This document shows positions 1 through 11,415 of a DNA stretch of 64,000 bases, in pieces. The position numbers and the translations under genes are program-made. The stretch is from the NCBI RefSeq assembly GCF_006345805.1, contig NW_021830461.1, positions 263 through 64,262 of the forward strand. The letters run 5' to 3'. The notes beneath the pieces are model-generated. The model had not been told where the DNA came from. It did not search any database and saw only the letters and a program-made list of their open reading frames with translations. Each line of letters begins with the position of its first letter. The first letter of the stretch is position 1. Source of the stretch: Octopus sinensis. Its lineage: Eukaryota.

Positions 1-542
1 TGTGGTTTTTTGATTCCATCGAACGGTTTACACGCATTGTCCTGTAGGAGGAGTGCTGGCCGATTTCCCCGCCACGTCCTCCTCAATGAAGTGGTGAAAA
101 GGGCTTTGGATTCTGCGGGATTCCCATCGACCCTTGAACCTATTGGGCTCTGCCGCAGTGACGGAAAGCGTCCTGACGGGATGACTATATTCCCCTTTAG
201 AGGAGGAAGGTCTCTTGTTTGGGATGTAACTTGCGTCGACTCCTTTCAGATACTGTGCTCACAGGAACAGCCAGTACACCAGGCTACGCATGTGCGCTGG
301 CAGAAGAAAGGAAGTTGACGAAGTACGCTGTGCTTCCGAACGTCGTTGAGTTTGTCCCCCTAGCCTTTGAGACCTCCGGTGTGGTTGGAAAGAAGGTAGA
401 AAATCTGTTACGGGTTGTGGGAGGAAGAATCTCACAGAATACAAATGACCGGAGGGAGACGAGCTGGCTTTTCCAGCGCATCTCGGTTGCAATTCTTCGC
501 GGGAACTGCCTCTCTATCCGCAGTGCTTCGTCGTCGGACTAA
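1..542 (+). mobile_element. CRE-clade non-LTR retrotransposon, 3' end (Zn-knuckle plus REL endonuclease), frameshifted and cut by the window edge
   Basis: ORFs 10..318 and 219..542 give [56 protein letters not shown], the CRE/SLACS-type REL C-terminus. Confidence 0.85.
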
Positions 543-913
543 CCCTCAAGTTCACGACATTAATTCTCTATTAATTAATTTGACTGTAAAAAAAGTTTGT
601 TTAATATCATTTTCCCATTAGATAGATTGAACTAATAGATTTTAATAACGTTATTTCAAAATAAATCAATCAAGAAACTTTTAAAATGCATCTTTACCAA
701 AATATAAATCAGGAAACAATCCTCACTGAATGTTTTATGATAGCTTAACAGTGTGAAGAGATACGAAGTGGTATATTTGAGAGTAATCGAAAAGGCAGAA
801 TATTGGTAATCAATAATTCCACACCTAAATTATCTTATTCAAAATATTGTTTTAATTATGATGCATCGTAATACGTTAAACTAGATAATTCATAAAATGA
901 AATCATAAAGAAA

Positions 914-1973
914 TTAATCACTATTAAAAAACTCCGTTCTGAAATTCTCACAAAAACTACAAAGATTTGAATACATCTTTGATGCGTTATCCGTAAAAGT
1001 AATTAAAGAATCGATAGTCATGAAAGCATAAATATGGCCATAGGCAATCGCATCCAATTCACACGGAATTCTAAAACAGTAAAGTCCATATAAAACACGT
1101 TTTTGACAAAAAATATCTATTTTCCCCCAATAGTCGGGATAAATAGTCAAACGAATTTAATACACAATCAAAAACCTAAATCAATAAAAAACAATAAAAA
1201 CTTCTTTTTAGTTTTTGGAGTTACTTTTGAGGAAAAATAACGATACCTATTTTTCTGGCATTGAATCCACGGAATAATTAAATTTAGTGGAAAAGGATAA
1301 CACAAAGCAATACGGGGACGAGTTACCTTTAATAAAAATTCAAGTAAATATGAAATGCCCTCACTTTTGAGGTAGCATCCCATTATTAGAAAATATAATT
1401 AAATTAAACAACCTTTTTATAAATATTATCATCACACCACGTTATATATGTCTATATTTTTAAGGAAAATAATAAACTTCACAGTCAGCCAAATCTCCAA
1501 TGATAATGTACATAATTGTAGAGGCCAGATCACGTTTTTGTATTCCGAATGATAAAGTAGGAGAAAGTCCCTGAATTTTTTATTATGAATATCACTTTGA
1601 TCTCAATGAATTTAAATACAGATTCAATTCCAGATAGAAGAAGAGGGCCGACCTTAATAAAAGGAATCTCCCCTAATATGTTACATTTTGTTAGATTTTT
1701 AACCGTTTGGAGAAATTTCTTCTGCATTTTTATAATATTCTACATTATATGGTATTTTGATAATCTTAAAAAGTGCTTGCATTGCTTGACAGTTTGCATA
1801 CTGATCGGGTAATATCTGAGAACCTGTTTTAAGTTTATTGAAAAAAAGTTTAATACTTTCATTAACCTGATATAACGTAATTGTCTCCGGCAGGGGTAAT
1901 GATTCTACGGAGAAATTAAAAACATTTTCGAACTGTATTTAAGGAAATTGGTTAAGTTGCACACTAGACTCAT
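914..1973 (-). CDS. MTX2: Metaxin-2, copy 1; tiny introns; one apparent 1-nt frameshift near 1205
   Basis: Spliced translation MSLVCNLTNFLKYKSLPLPETITLYQ..NAEEISPNGEIPFIKVG..TWCDD..YPFPLN..CELDAIAYGHIY..YSNLCSFC matches metaxin-2 motifs; GT-AG introns of 25-33 nt plus one of 86 nt. Confidence 0.9.
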
Positions 1974-2029
1974 TAATAGTAATAGGGAATTTAATGATTG
2001 ATTCGAAAAGTTTTTTAATTTTAAAATAT

Positions 2030-2770
2030 AAACTTTATCAACAGAAATTTTGAACGGATCGCTTTGGAACGGGAATGTTTCCCCCAGAAGTGAGGCATTA
2101 TATTGCCTATTGCAGGATTGAGAATCTGTTTTTTTAACCAAGGGAGCTTTGTTTAACTATTTTATAAGAAGCAAAAAAACCGTTGATCATTTGGCAACCC
2201 AATGTGGGAAAATGCTCAACAGTAATTACGTCAGAAAACATAACGAAGTCGTGAAATGTATTCACTTGTATGTCTGTAGGAAGTATAGAATCCGCAAAGT
2301 TAAAAAATTTAAAGAATATTCACTTCAGTCAATCATATTCACATAAAATGTTGAAATATGTGAAGATTCTTTAATAATTACAGACACAAAAATTTAATGT
2401 AACAAGACTGATATATTCATGTACGACAAAATAAAAAAACGAAATTACTATCATCGAAGTGGGACGTCCCCTCTCGAAGTAGGACAGGACCTGCCTGAAG
2501 CAGGCCGAAGTTGAGAAATGCCATAAATGCAATCCTTTGGGCATGGATTTATCCAGCCTCTACGACGCTCAAATCAAAATAATTTTACTGGATATGACAT
2601 GTGACGGTGTCGTTTTTAAGTTTTTCAAGAATTACATTGAAAAGTTGGCAATTGAAGACGTTTCTGTGTTTCAGCAAACACTTCTTTAGAATTTACAATT
2701 TATCCAAAACCAAGCATGTGTTTCTTAAATCTATGCGAGGAATTTAACACACTTTAGAGACATGGAATAC
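2030..2770 (+). mobile_element. R4/Dong-type (RLE) non-LTR retrotransposon remnant
   Basis: SEALYCLLQD..KTVDHLATQCGKMLNSNYVRKHNEVVKCIHL Zn-knuckle region followed by a degenerate PD-type endonuclease; contains stops. Confidence 0.75.
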
Positions 2771-3129
2771 TAAAAAAATCCCTTTAAACAAAAAATTCGA
2801 ATTTGATTTAAATCTGTTTGATAAAACTTAGTGTACTACAAGGAAATAAATAGAAATAAATAGAAAAATGAATGTATACAACAGTAAATACGAATTTATC
2901 TGCGGAGATAAAGTATACCTAAAAAAATTACGGATACTCAAGTTAAAAAAGATTATGGAACAAAACTTTCGTCACGGCTAAATAAATTAGAGTCTCCATT
3001 CTATTCAGGGGTCAAAACAATTAACATTTTGTCAAACAATCAAGTCGAGATTAAGAACCATTTTTATTTAATAGATAAAATATGCTAAAGAAGGTGTATA
3101 AAGGATTCCGACTTTTCTTTTCCAAAGGG

Positions 3130-3440
3130 GAAAATGTCTGCTCTTGGACGTCAAGGGTATAAACTCGTTTTTGGCTAGAACATAGTAGCATCAATCGAAA
3201 GCCCTGGAGCCCCAACAGAACGGGCCGAAAAGATGAAACATGCGAAACATGATGATGTCAGGAATTGCAGAGTGTTTGGCCTCCTGACGCCTAAAATACG
3301 AGGACCTTCCGCTCGGAGCCTGCTCTGACATATCGGGTTACTTCTGGATAAGGTTACTGACGATCAATCCGAGAACTGGTATCTCCCAACAAGATTTCCT
3401 GCTTTAGTCAAAAATAATGCCCTGTCTGTCCGACAATAAC
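3130..3440 (+). mobile_element. Degenerate CRE-clade LINE 3' remnant
   Basis: Residual similarity to the SPG..AE..K and RE..W..Q.IS segments of the other CRE copies. Confidence 0.5.
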
Positions 3441-3514
3441 CATTTTTTTTCTTTTAAACAATTTTTTTCTAATAAACATATTCTAATCAAAAAAATAAAA
3501 CTAAAAGAATAAAA

Positions 3515-5094
3515 TCAGGTATTTTTATTGATAAAACTTTCCAATATATTTATTGTATTTTTCACATTCTTAGCTTTTGCCTTTATTGCTGCTTTGTGAC
3601 GTTTAGTCTTGTTATGTAGATTCCAGGTTTTCTCATCAACATAAAACGTCATTTCACAGATTTTACAAGTTCGCATGGATACGCCCCTCGATCTTTGCTC
3701 GACTTCAGTAATAAAATTAATCTTCTCTTTGGGAAATTGGCATTCACGTTTCTGAATTATAATCACCAGAGACAATACAGCCAAATAGTCAGCAACAATG
3801 GTAATTGCCATTGGAATTACGTCTGTCGACAGATCCTTGGATCCTGTGGCATCTAATTTATATACACAATAGCATTCAGGTCTACTACACCCCTCATAGG
3901 TCTCTGAAATAATACAAATAGTCATTAATTTTTACGAGTTAAAAAACGTTTTCTTATCCAGCCAAGTTGTTGTCTGGCATAGCGCTTAGTTGAATTTTTC
4001 AACCTTTCAACGCCTGAAAATAGTTTTAAAAAAAATAACTTTTTTCAAGTAATTTTTTTCCTTCTATCGAGTCTTCGCACACATTTTCGTTAAGCATCAA
4101 ATATTCGTGAAACTCCTTAAAGCCTATAGACTGGAAAATTCCCCGTTGATAGTCATAATGTCTATAAATATTATTCATATACAACAACCCTTTCTGGGTT
4201 TTACGATTTTCACTATAACGATGATGAAAATCGACAAGTTCATCAACCAGACCATTTTCCAGCATTTTATCAACTCTTTCATCAATTAACTTATCAAGCT
4301 CTGAAAATAAATATTTAAAAAATCCAGACCTTTCAAATCCCGATAAACAAAAACGATACAAAAATCATCAATTCGGAGTCTATATTTTGTCCCTTGTCTT
4401 TGTGCAGAGTATAGTTCAGTGATAGACTTGCCAGTTCGTTTATAAACTTCAATCGCTCTAAAAAATGTTAAAAAAAAACTTTTTTATTTTCCGAGAATCG
4501 TTTGGATGAAATTTGGAGGCATGAACAGAATCAATTTCCATTAACAATTTGTGGTTGTCCTCGTTCTCTTGGTCCATCACAATATCTTTAAAATAATTTA
4601 GAAAAATCACCATTTGAATTATAATTGTGAGAAAAACTAATAAATTTTAGTAAATTATTTTTACTACTTAACTTCCAAAAGTGATTCCCAAAGAATCGAT
4701 TCCAAATAATAATTTGTACCTCCCTCGATGATTGGAAGTCCACTGCCATTTTTGTATAGATTTTCAATGTAAAATAGTTAAGTGAAAATGCATGAAAATA
4801 TTAAATGATAATAAAGGATATAATTTGTAATGCAGAATCACTGTACATCTTGACATTATAATTTTCATATAAAGGGTCCAAAAAGTCAATTAAATGATGA
4901 GGACACGCGTTTAACTCAGAAGGAGTGGGTTTATTGGTAATAATATTTAATCCTTTGTACATCTGCATAGCATCAGCATTTATAATGCTTCCATTAAATT
5001 TTTTGGCCAATGCAAATGCTATTTGTGATTTTCCAGAACCAGTTGGGCCAAGTACAGCTACAAGTGGACGCAATCGGCCACCACTAGTCTTCAT
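3515..5094 (-). CDS. TRIT1: tRNA dimethylallyltransferase (TRIT1/MiaA family), copy 1
   Basis: GPTGSGKS P-loop, [42 protein letters not shown] and a C-terminal C2H2 finger CKICE..HNKTKRH; tiny introns. Confidence 0.95.
4769..4821 (-). other. U12-type (minor spliceosome) AT-AC intron, 53 nt, in TRIT1
   Basis: Starts ATATCCTTT, has a CACTTAAC branch-like motif and ends TTTTAC; removal joins SALQI to [21 protein letters not shown] in frame. Confidence 0.85.
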
Positions 5095-5289
5095 ATGGTT
5101 TTTAATTTTTTAATTAAATATAAATTAATAAAAAACATTTAATTAAAAAAATATTTAGGAATATATTTTTCTATTTTATTGAGATTGTTTACATCCCATA
5201 AACTGGCTTATGTGCTAGCCGTCGTGTAATTTAAAAATTGATAAAACCAAATAGTCTATTTCGAAATGAAAATTAGGTACTAAGGGAGT

Positions 5290-5930
5290 GAAAAAGGATA
5301 CCCTAATATTCTTCCCAAAGAAGTAGTAAGATAATGTTTAGAGAAATTGCTGCCACTGAGCTAGGTTTAATTCCTATTTCAAATACTTCTGTGAGCAGAC
5401 TGATCAAGGATATGTTTGATGACATCGAAACCCTTTTGGTTCGGCGAATAAAAAAATCTGAATTTTTTCCATTTCAAGTAGATAAAAGCTCAGATATTAC
5501 AAGAATGCAATTTTCTGTTTTATTTCGTTATATGGACGATGAATCCATTATTGAAGATTTTTTTCCTCAAAGAGTCGTCGAAACAACAAAGGGATATGAC
5601 ATTTTCAATCTTATAAATTCATATTTCGAGCATTTAAAGTTAGATTGGAATGAATGCATAGGTATCTGCACTGATGGTGCTCTATCAGTGACGGGGGATG
5701 ATAGAGACTTTGTTTCTGTTGCAAAAAATAAAAATCCAGACTTAATTCACAAGCATTATTTTATTCATCATGAGGCATGCTTTGGACAGGGTCGTAAAAA
5801 TTATCAATTATATCAAAATGAGTCCGTTGTAATTACGATAGCTCTCGGAACTTTATGAAAATACAGAACATTCAATTTTGATTTACCGCACTGAACTAAA
5901 ATGGCTTCGAATTGTTTCTATGAACTATAC
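5290..5930 (+). mobile_element. Degenerate hAT (Buster/ZBED5-like) transposase remnant
   Basis: ORF 5334..5858 contains FQVDKSSD, GICTDGA and HYFIHHEA, decayed versions of the DE/D, CTDGA and HCxxH motifs. Confidence 0.8.
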
Positions 5931-6093
5931 AAAAAAAGTTGGATAACTTTATTGAATGCTTTAATAATGAATGTTAGTGTTGCAAGATAGCACACCTTGC
6001 CGATATTTTTAATGAACTTAATGTTCTCAATAGCAGCATACAAATCTGTCGAGTTGTACAAACAAATTTTTTTTGCTATGTACAAAACAAAAA

Positions 6094-6153
6094 CTCCCCG
6101 ACCGGGAATCGAACCCGGGCAACGCGGCATACTAACCATTATACTATCGGGGA
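6094..6153 (-). pseudogene. tRNA-Asp-like gene lacking the anticodon loop (60 nt)
   Basis: TCCCCGATAGTATAATGGTTAGTATGCCGCGTTGCCCGGGTTCGATTCCCGGTCGGGGAG: acceptor stem, D arm (A box) and T arm (B box) intact, followed by TTTT; about 12 nt of the anticodon arm missing. The Asp assignment rests on body similarity only. Confidence 0.75.
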
Positions 6154-6199
6154 CGTACTTCCTATTTTTGTTTTTTAATAACGGGACACTAATTTTGCT

Positions 6200-6440
6200 G
6201 TAACCTTTAATTCATCCATCACTTCTTTTAGAGTTATTCTTGGTTTTGTACTGGCTATTCTTTTTATTTATGAAGAAGAGGATTTAGTTATTTTACTCTG
6301 AGCAGCTGATCTTGGTGTATTAATAACAGTTTTGTGTTGTTTCCGCTGGGTAGTAATATTCCAACCAGTAGTTTTTGGCAACGTCAGCTATTTAGAAATC
6401 TCTTCACCACTTTTAGCTCTTTTGTATGACGTTATAACTT
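6200..6440 (-). mobile_element. Tc1-like transposase N-terminal remnant
   Basis: KKQVITSYKRAKSGEEISK*LTLPKTT..INTPRS resembles the Tc1 paired-HTH region. Confidence 0.45.
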
Positions 6441-6479
6441 GTTTTTTTAGATCAGTAATTCTCAAATTTGGGTACGCGA

Positions 6480-7400
6480 GATTCAGTAGTTTGTACGCGT
6501 AGAGGATTTGTTTTTTTCCAATTACATATTACTGCAAACAAGGATTTTCTTTATTGTTCAATTTAAAATCAGTTTATCGTGCAAGACTGAATGTCCGAAT
6601 GTGTCTTTCGATCAACTCCTTCATATTTTTTTGGGCAGCCTCCAGACAATTCTTAGCCAACACTTTATGGTACTAAGATGTGTATCACGCGGTTTTTCAA
6701 CAGCCTTCCTTTGGGATATACGTGACCCACTCCACACGATTTTGTTTATCTTATTAAGAAATCGCTCACTTAAGTGGACGATGTTTCTCAGTCCACGTCC
6801 TAGTTGCCCTCGAGACAAGTATAATTTCTCCTTATTCCTAGCCAACACGTTGACGTGATTCTCCCCGTGTACTCTTCTAACAATAAGGTCTATTTTATCG
6901 TACTCACATTCGATCAGGGCAACGTAGATGTCTAGGTAGTGAGATCGCGTACTCGTTCAAAGCATGAAATCAGTTCCGTGCATTGAGGACGGTTTTGCAT
7001 AACATTGCTACCCTACTACCTACACACTCCATTACACACTTTCTCACGGGTAACTGCCCCATCGAACTTTTTGCGGATGTCAGAGACACCACAAGACTTT
7101 GTCATCAAGGGAGCATCGGATCCACAACACGGAAACAACACACCCTTGCGAGAACGTGCTGTCCACATACTCTCCCATGTGTCAAGTATTTCGGGCATTT
7201 GCTGGATACACTCCTCCGATAAAACAACATGCGATTAAACTCAAACAGTTTGTTCTTTTGCCTGCGCTGACACTGAGACACAAGAGTTGTGAGCTTCTTC
7301 TGATAAACGAAAATCAGCTCTTCCCTCTCACAATTGAACTTTACACAATTGAACTTTTTCGGTGTTTAGCTTGGGAATTCACAATAGTTCCCAAGCTGTT
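6480..7400 (-). mobile_element. R4/Dong-type LINE RT-thumb remnant
   Basis: LCKTVLNARN*FHALNEYAIS and NKEKLYLSRGQLGRGL, homologous to ORF 10193..10483. Confidence 0.7.
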
Positions 7401-7796
7401 TGTATAAAAATGTTAGAGAACTGATTTTTCTTATAAGCATGCTTTAGAGTGACAGCCTTTTTTCAGAGTTAGCTAGGAATACATCTTGCGTTTCATGAAA
7501 ATGAGTTGAACTTGAATATCTTTGATTACTTCAAGTTCATCTTTGGTAAGGTTGAGTAAAACCATTTCTGAAATATAGATTTGATCAATTATACTTATTA
7601 TTTTTTCAAATTGGAAAACTTAGATAACCAAAATAAATTTGCATGGTAGATTAATTTGAAAAAAAACTTTGATAAATTACTAAAATAATTAAGAAAATCA
7701 AAAAATCTAATCATAATTAATTTGAAAAAATATTTATTTTTTTAAAATAACGTTGACGGGGCATTATCCAACCGAGGGCATTATCCAGCCGGTGAC

Positions 7797-9510
7797 AATG
7801 AATCGATTAAAATTAGTTTTATCTATTTTATAATTTGTTAGTTAGCCTCATCGTTAACAGGCAAAAAATAATCATCAGAACCAAACATATTTTGTTGCGC
7901 CCCACGCTGTCGACCAAAGCGACCTTCGTTGATGACAGGGTTGACAGGATGACCTAATATTCAGTCTTGCGCGATGATTATTTTTTATATTGAGAAGTGC
8001 TGAGAAGCCATGTTTGCATAAATATGTTGTCGGGAATATAAGCAACAAATTTAATGCATTTGCGCTTACGAAAGGATAATGCTTACACATTTCGCACCAA
8101 AATCTTGATAAAGCAAGTTTTTCATACAAATCTTTTGCGTTTGAATTATTGATCATGTCAATTAGAGCCTCTTCGATATTTTCATCGACCAAACGTGGAT
8201 CAACACTGAATGGTGTACGAATGAATTTCAAATCAATTTCGTTCAATTCTGGAAAGTATTTATTTACTTCTTGTTGAAGATATGTTAAATGTGCATAAAT
8301 AAGTTCGGTTATTTTTTTGATTTCAAATGCATCTATATTTACAGATTGTTCTTCAAAAGATTCAAACATAGTAAAATTATTTAGTTTTACTTTTTCTTTC
8401 CACAGTGTTAACTTCATCAAAAAAGCACTAATAATTAATATGAGACAGTTAACAAACTTAATTTTATCCACAAAATCAATTATTGTTTCATGTCTTCCCT
8501 GAAGCGATTTGTTGAGTGAATTTATACGAAAGAAGACATCTCTCAAGTAAGCAAGTTTAGATAGCCATGAACTATCCATTAATTTCGAAATAAATTCCGA
8601 TGATTTGGAATTGTTTTCGCGAATAAAATATTCAGATAATTCATTCCTCAAAGAAAAAACTCTGGCAAGAATGTTTCCCCGAGATAACCATCTCACCTCA
8701 GTGTGGAATACCAAAGCCTTTCCATCCTTTTCAAATTCTTCGCAAATAAGTCTGAAAATGCGCAAATTTAAAGCACTCTTTTTAATATAATTTATGATAT
8801 GTACGACATCATCGAGAACATATCTTAAATCTGAAGGTAATGTTTTTGCAGCAAGTGCATATCGATGTAGCATACAATGCATATGTTTCGTTTCCTGGTT
8901 AGCAAGTCTGACTTGGCCTCTAAAGCCAGAATGAAAGCCAAGCATTGCTGGAGCTCCATCGGTTGCGCAACAACATACATTATTCCAAGATAACCCAACA
9001 CTGTCAAAAAACATAGAAATTGCTTGAAAAATATCTTTTCCTTTAGTGGTCGATTCAAGCGAATAGGAAAATAAAAATTCCTCTTTAAAATCTCCGTCAT
9101 AGACATAACGAGCAAATATTATTAATTGAGCACAGTTCGCTACATCGGTGGATTCATCAACTTGTATAGCGAAATTTTGATGGCATAAAGTTTTTATTTG
9201 TTCTACCACCTGTTAAAATAAATAATATAATATCAATAACCTGACACTTAATATTTTCTGACATTTCAGAAATTCGTCGATGAACAGTATCATTCGATAA
9301 TGATATTTCCGAAATCATATTTTCAGCGTGAGTGCCAATAAGAGTACGTATATGTCTTTACAACAAGGAAGAATCAGTTTTTCGGCAATATTATGAGGTT
9401 TCTTTTCTTTCGCTATACGTAATGAAATTATGTAAGATGCTAATAGCATGGAATTATGAGAAGGCAAAGTTTGTATGAAACGAGTCAATACTTGATTTTT
9501 CATAAAAAAC
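7797..9510 (-). mobile_element. hAT Buster/Charlie-type transposase copy A, with two tiny introns and a chimeric 3' end
   Basis: IQVDESTD, CATDGAPAM, HCMLHRYALA, HTEVRWLSRG, PTTYLCKHGFS; introns at 9210-9240 and 8428-8457; frameshift near 9355. Confidence 0.92.
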
Positions 9511-9714
9511 TAAGTGATCCCAGAATACTAAAGTATACTTGATTTTTCTCAACCACACTTATACCCTACTTCTCTTCCAAGACTTTGACTAGGTCAAATA
9601 AGTGACCCCAGTACATATACACCCTGGAATCGAGCTAGGGTCAAGTGTTAAATGTTCGATTGCTCGCACTTGCAATCATGGATTGGTTTGCAATTTTTTT
9701 ATAAAGAAATTATA

Positions 9715-10003
9715 CACCTCATTGATTTCAGGTGTCTTCCAGTCAGAGAGACGGGTAACTGCAAAACGTTCTGAAGAGTTGAAGAAAAAAAAATACTCTT
9801 TCCTGGCAGACAGATATCTTTTCCAGCCGATCGCTGTGGAGACTTCTGGAGTCTTTGGAACAGAGAGTTTTTCGTTCATTCGAAGATTGGGTGGTCTAAT
9901 CTCAAAAAAAACAGGTGATCCGCGGGAGACGTCGTGGCTCTTCCAGAGGATTTCGTGTGCAATTGTCCGCGGAAATTCACACGCTATCCGAGGCTCATAC
10001 TAA
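9715..10003 (+). mobile_element. CRE-clade LINE, 5'-truncated 3' end
   Basis: YLFQPIAVETSGVFG..TGDPRETSWLFQRISCAIVRGN. Confidence 0.85.
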
Positions 10004-10089
10004 TTAATTAAAACTTTATTTGGTCTAAAAAACAATTTGTAATTAAAGTATTGGTTTAGAAATGAATTCCGAAAAATCAGCATCTAATG

Positions 10090-10925
10090 TGGGATCATTA
10101 TCATGCTGTGAGACTGTGGATGGAATCAACGGATATCGGTACTTGGGTGTACGTGAAGACGGGGGAAGTATAATGCTCTCAAGAAAAAAGTTATGGACTC
10201 CATACTGAAGAATGTCAAGAAAAGGATAACCATGTTATCAAAAACAAAGCTGAATGCTGTGAATTTGTTTCGTAGCATCAATGAATATGCATTATCTTTA
10301 TATAATTATTATATCGGGCTAATTAATATCGAACCGCACGAATTTGACGAAATTGACCAACAAATACGCCGATTGCTTACGACTCTCAAGTTACATCTCC
10401 AGCTTGCAAATAAGGAGAGGTTGTATTTGGATCGCAAAACGCTTGGAAGAGGACTTACCTCAATTTTTTTAAAAACGAATTAATAATCCTCCAGTTTCTT
10501 ACAAGTTTGGAAAAAAGTCGACTATCTGTCTAAGGAAATCGGGTATTCTGCGAGTAATCAAAACAAGAAAATGGCACTTAGCCACAATCGCAGAATTTCT
10601 TGCTTTTAAATTTCTTGTCGGTGGGGAAAATCTGAACATTGATTCACTCAAGGACGCTCAAAGAAAACTTTTGCTTAACCGAATCAGCTGTAAATCACTA
10701 CATTCGGCGATTTTAAATGTATGGAAGAATCAAATATCGACCTATCTACTTTTTCGCAATGGCTATCAAAAGGTAACAATGGTTTACGGTGCGAAGCATT
10801 TTACTGTCTTTTACAAGAGAGGAATTTGTTTTTTGCATACGCGGGATCACTGCGCGTCTATTGCAAAAAAGCAAGCAGACTGTTGACCATCTAGCCACGC
10901 GGTGTGGTAGAATGCTAAACAGAAA
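10090..10925 (+). mobile_element. R4/Dong-type LINE remnant
   Basis: YRYLG, TKLNAVNLFRSINEYALS, ANKERLYL..GRGL, TVDHLATRCGRML. Confidence 0.8.
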
Positions 10926-11340
10926 AATTGCGGGTATTAAATGGCAACAGACCATCAAAAACGACACACTCTACAAATTATGTAAATGCAAGCTGATTAG
11001 CAAGAAAGTTACTACTTCACGCTGGAAACTTTTCGGACATTTCCTGAAAATTGACGAAATGATTCCTTGCAATCAAATCATGGAAGAATACTTCTCTAGT
11101 CACGGAATTGGATTTCGGGGTCGGCCAAGACACACGCTTCCTCTCTGCCTGAGGGATGATTACGCGAGAATTAGCTTCCGACTTAAAACTGGTGACGATC
11201 TTGAGAACATTTGCAAACGTGCAAGGAACAAGGCTGGATGGAAAAGACTGAGTGGGAAGATATTTGAAAGTACGTCATGAGCGAAACCTTAGGCTCTTAC
11301 GTGCTTATGACAACGCGGAAGTGCTATTAACTAACAATTA
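10926..11340 (+). mobile_element. RTE-like LINE 3' end, fused to the preceding R4 remnant
   Basis: IAGIKWQQTIKNDTLY..RWKLFGH..RGRPRHTL..W is the typical RTE C-terminal region. Confidence 0.7.
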
Positions 11341-11415
11341 CAGTTTTTCTTCTTAGTCATCTATCTTTTTTGAAAATATCACTGATTAGTATTAATGTAA
11401 AGAAGGTTAGTTAGT

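Larger units (their letters stand above)
609..5725. repeat. Segmental direct repeat, copy 1 (copy 2 at 58881-64000)
   Basis: Near-identical sequence from attttcccattag (609 / 58881) to the window end; offset 58272-58275; identical ORF-track translations. Confidence 0.97.

Noticed and set aside
5918-6203. ORF-track ORFs overlapping the tRNA-like unit, and the many antisense ORFs over TE and gene exons
   Set aside because: Shadow ORFs with no independent coding evidence
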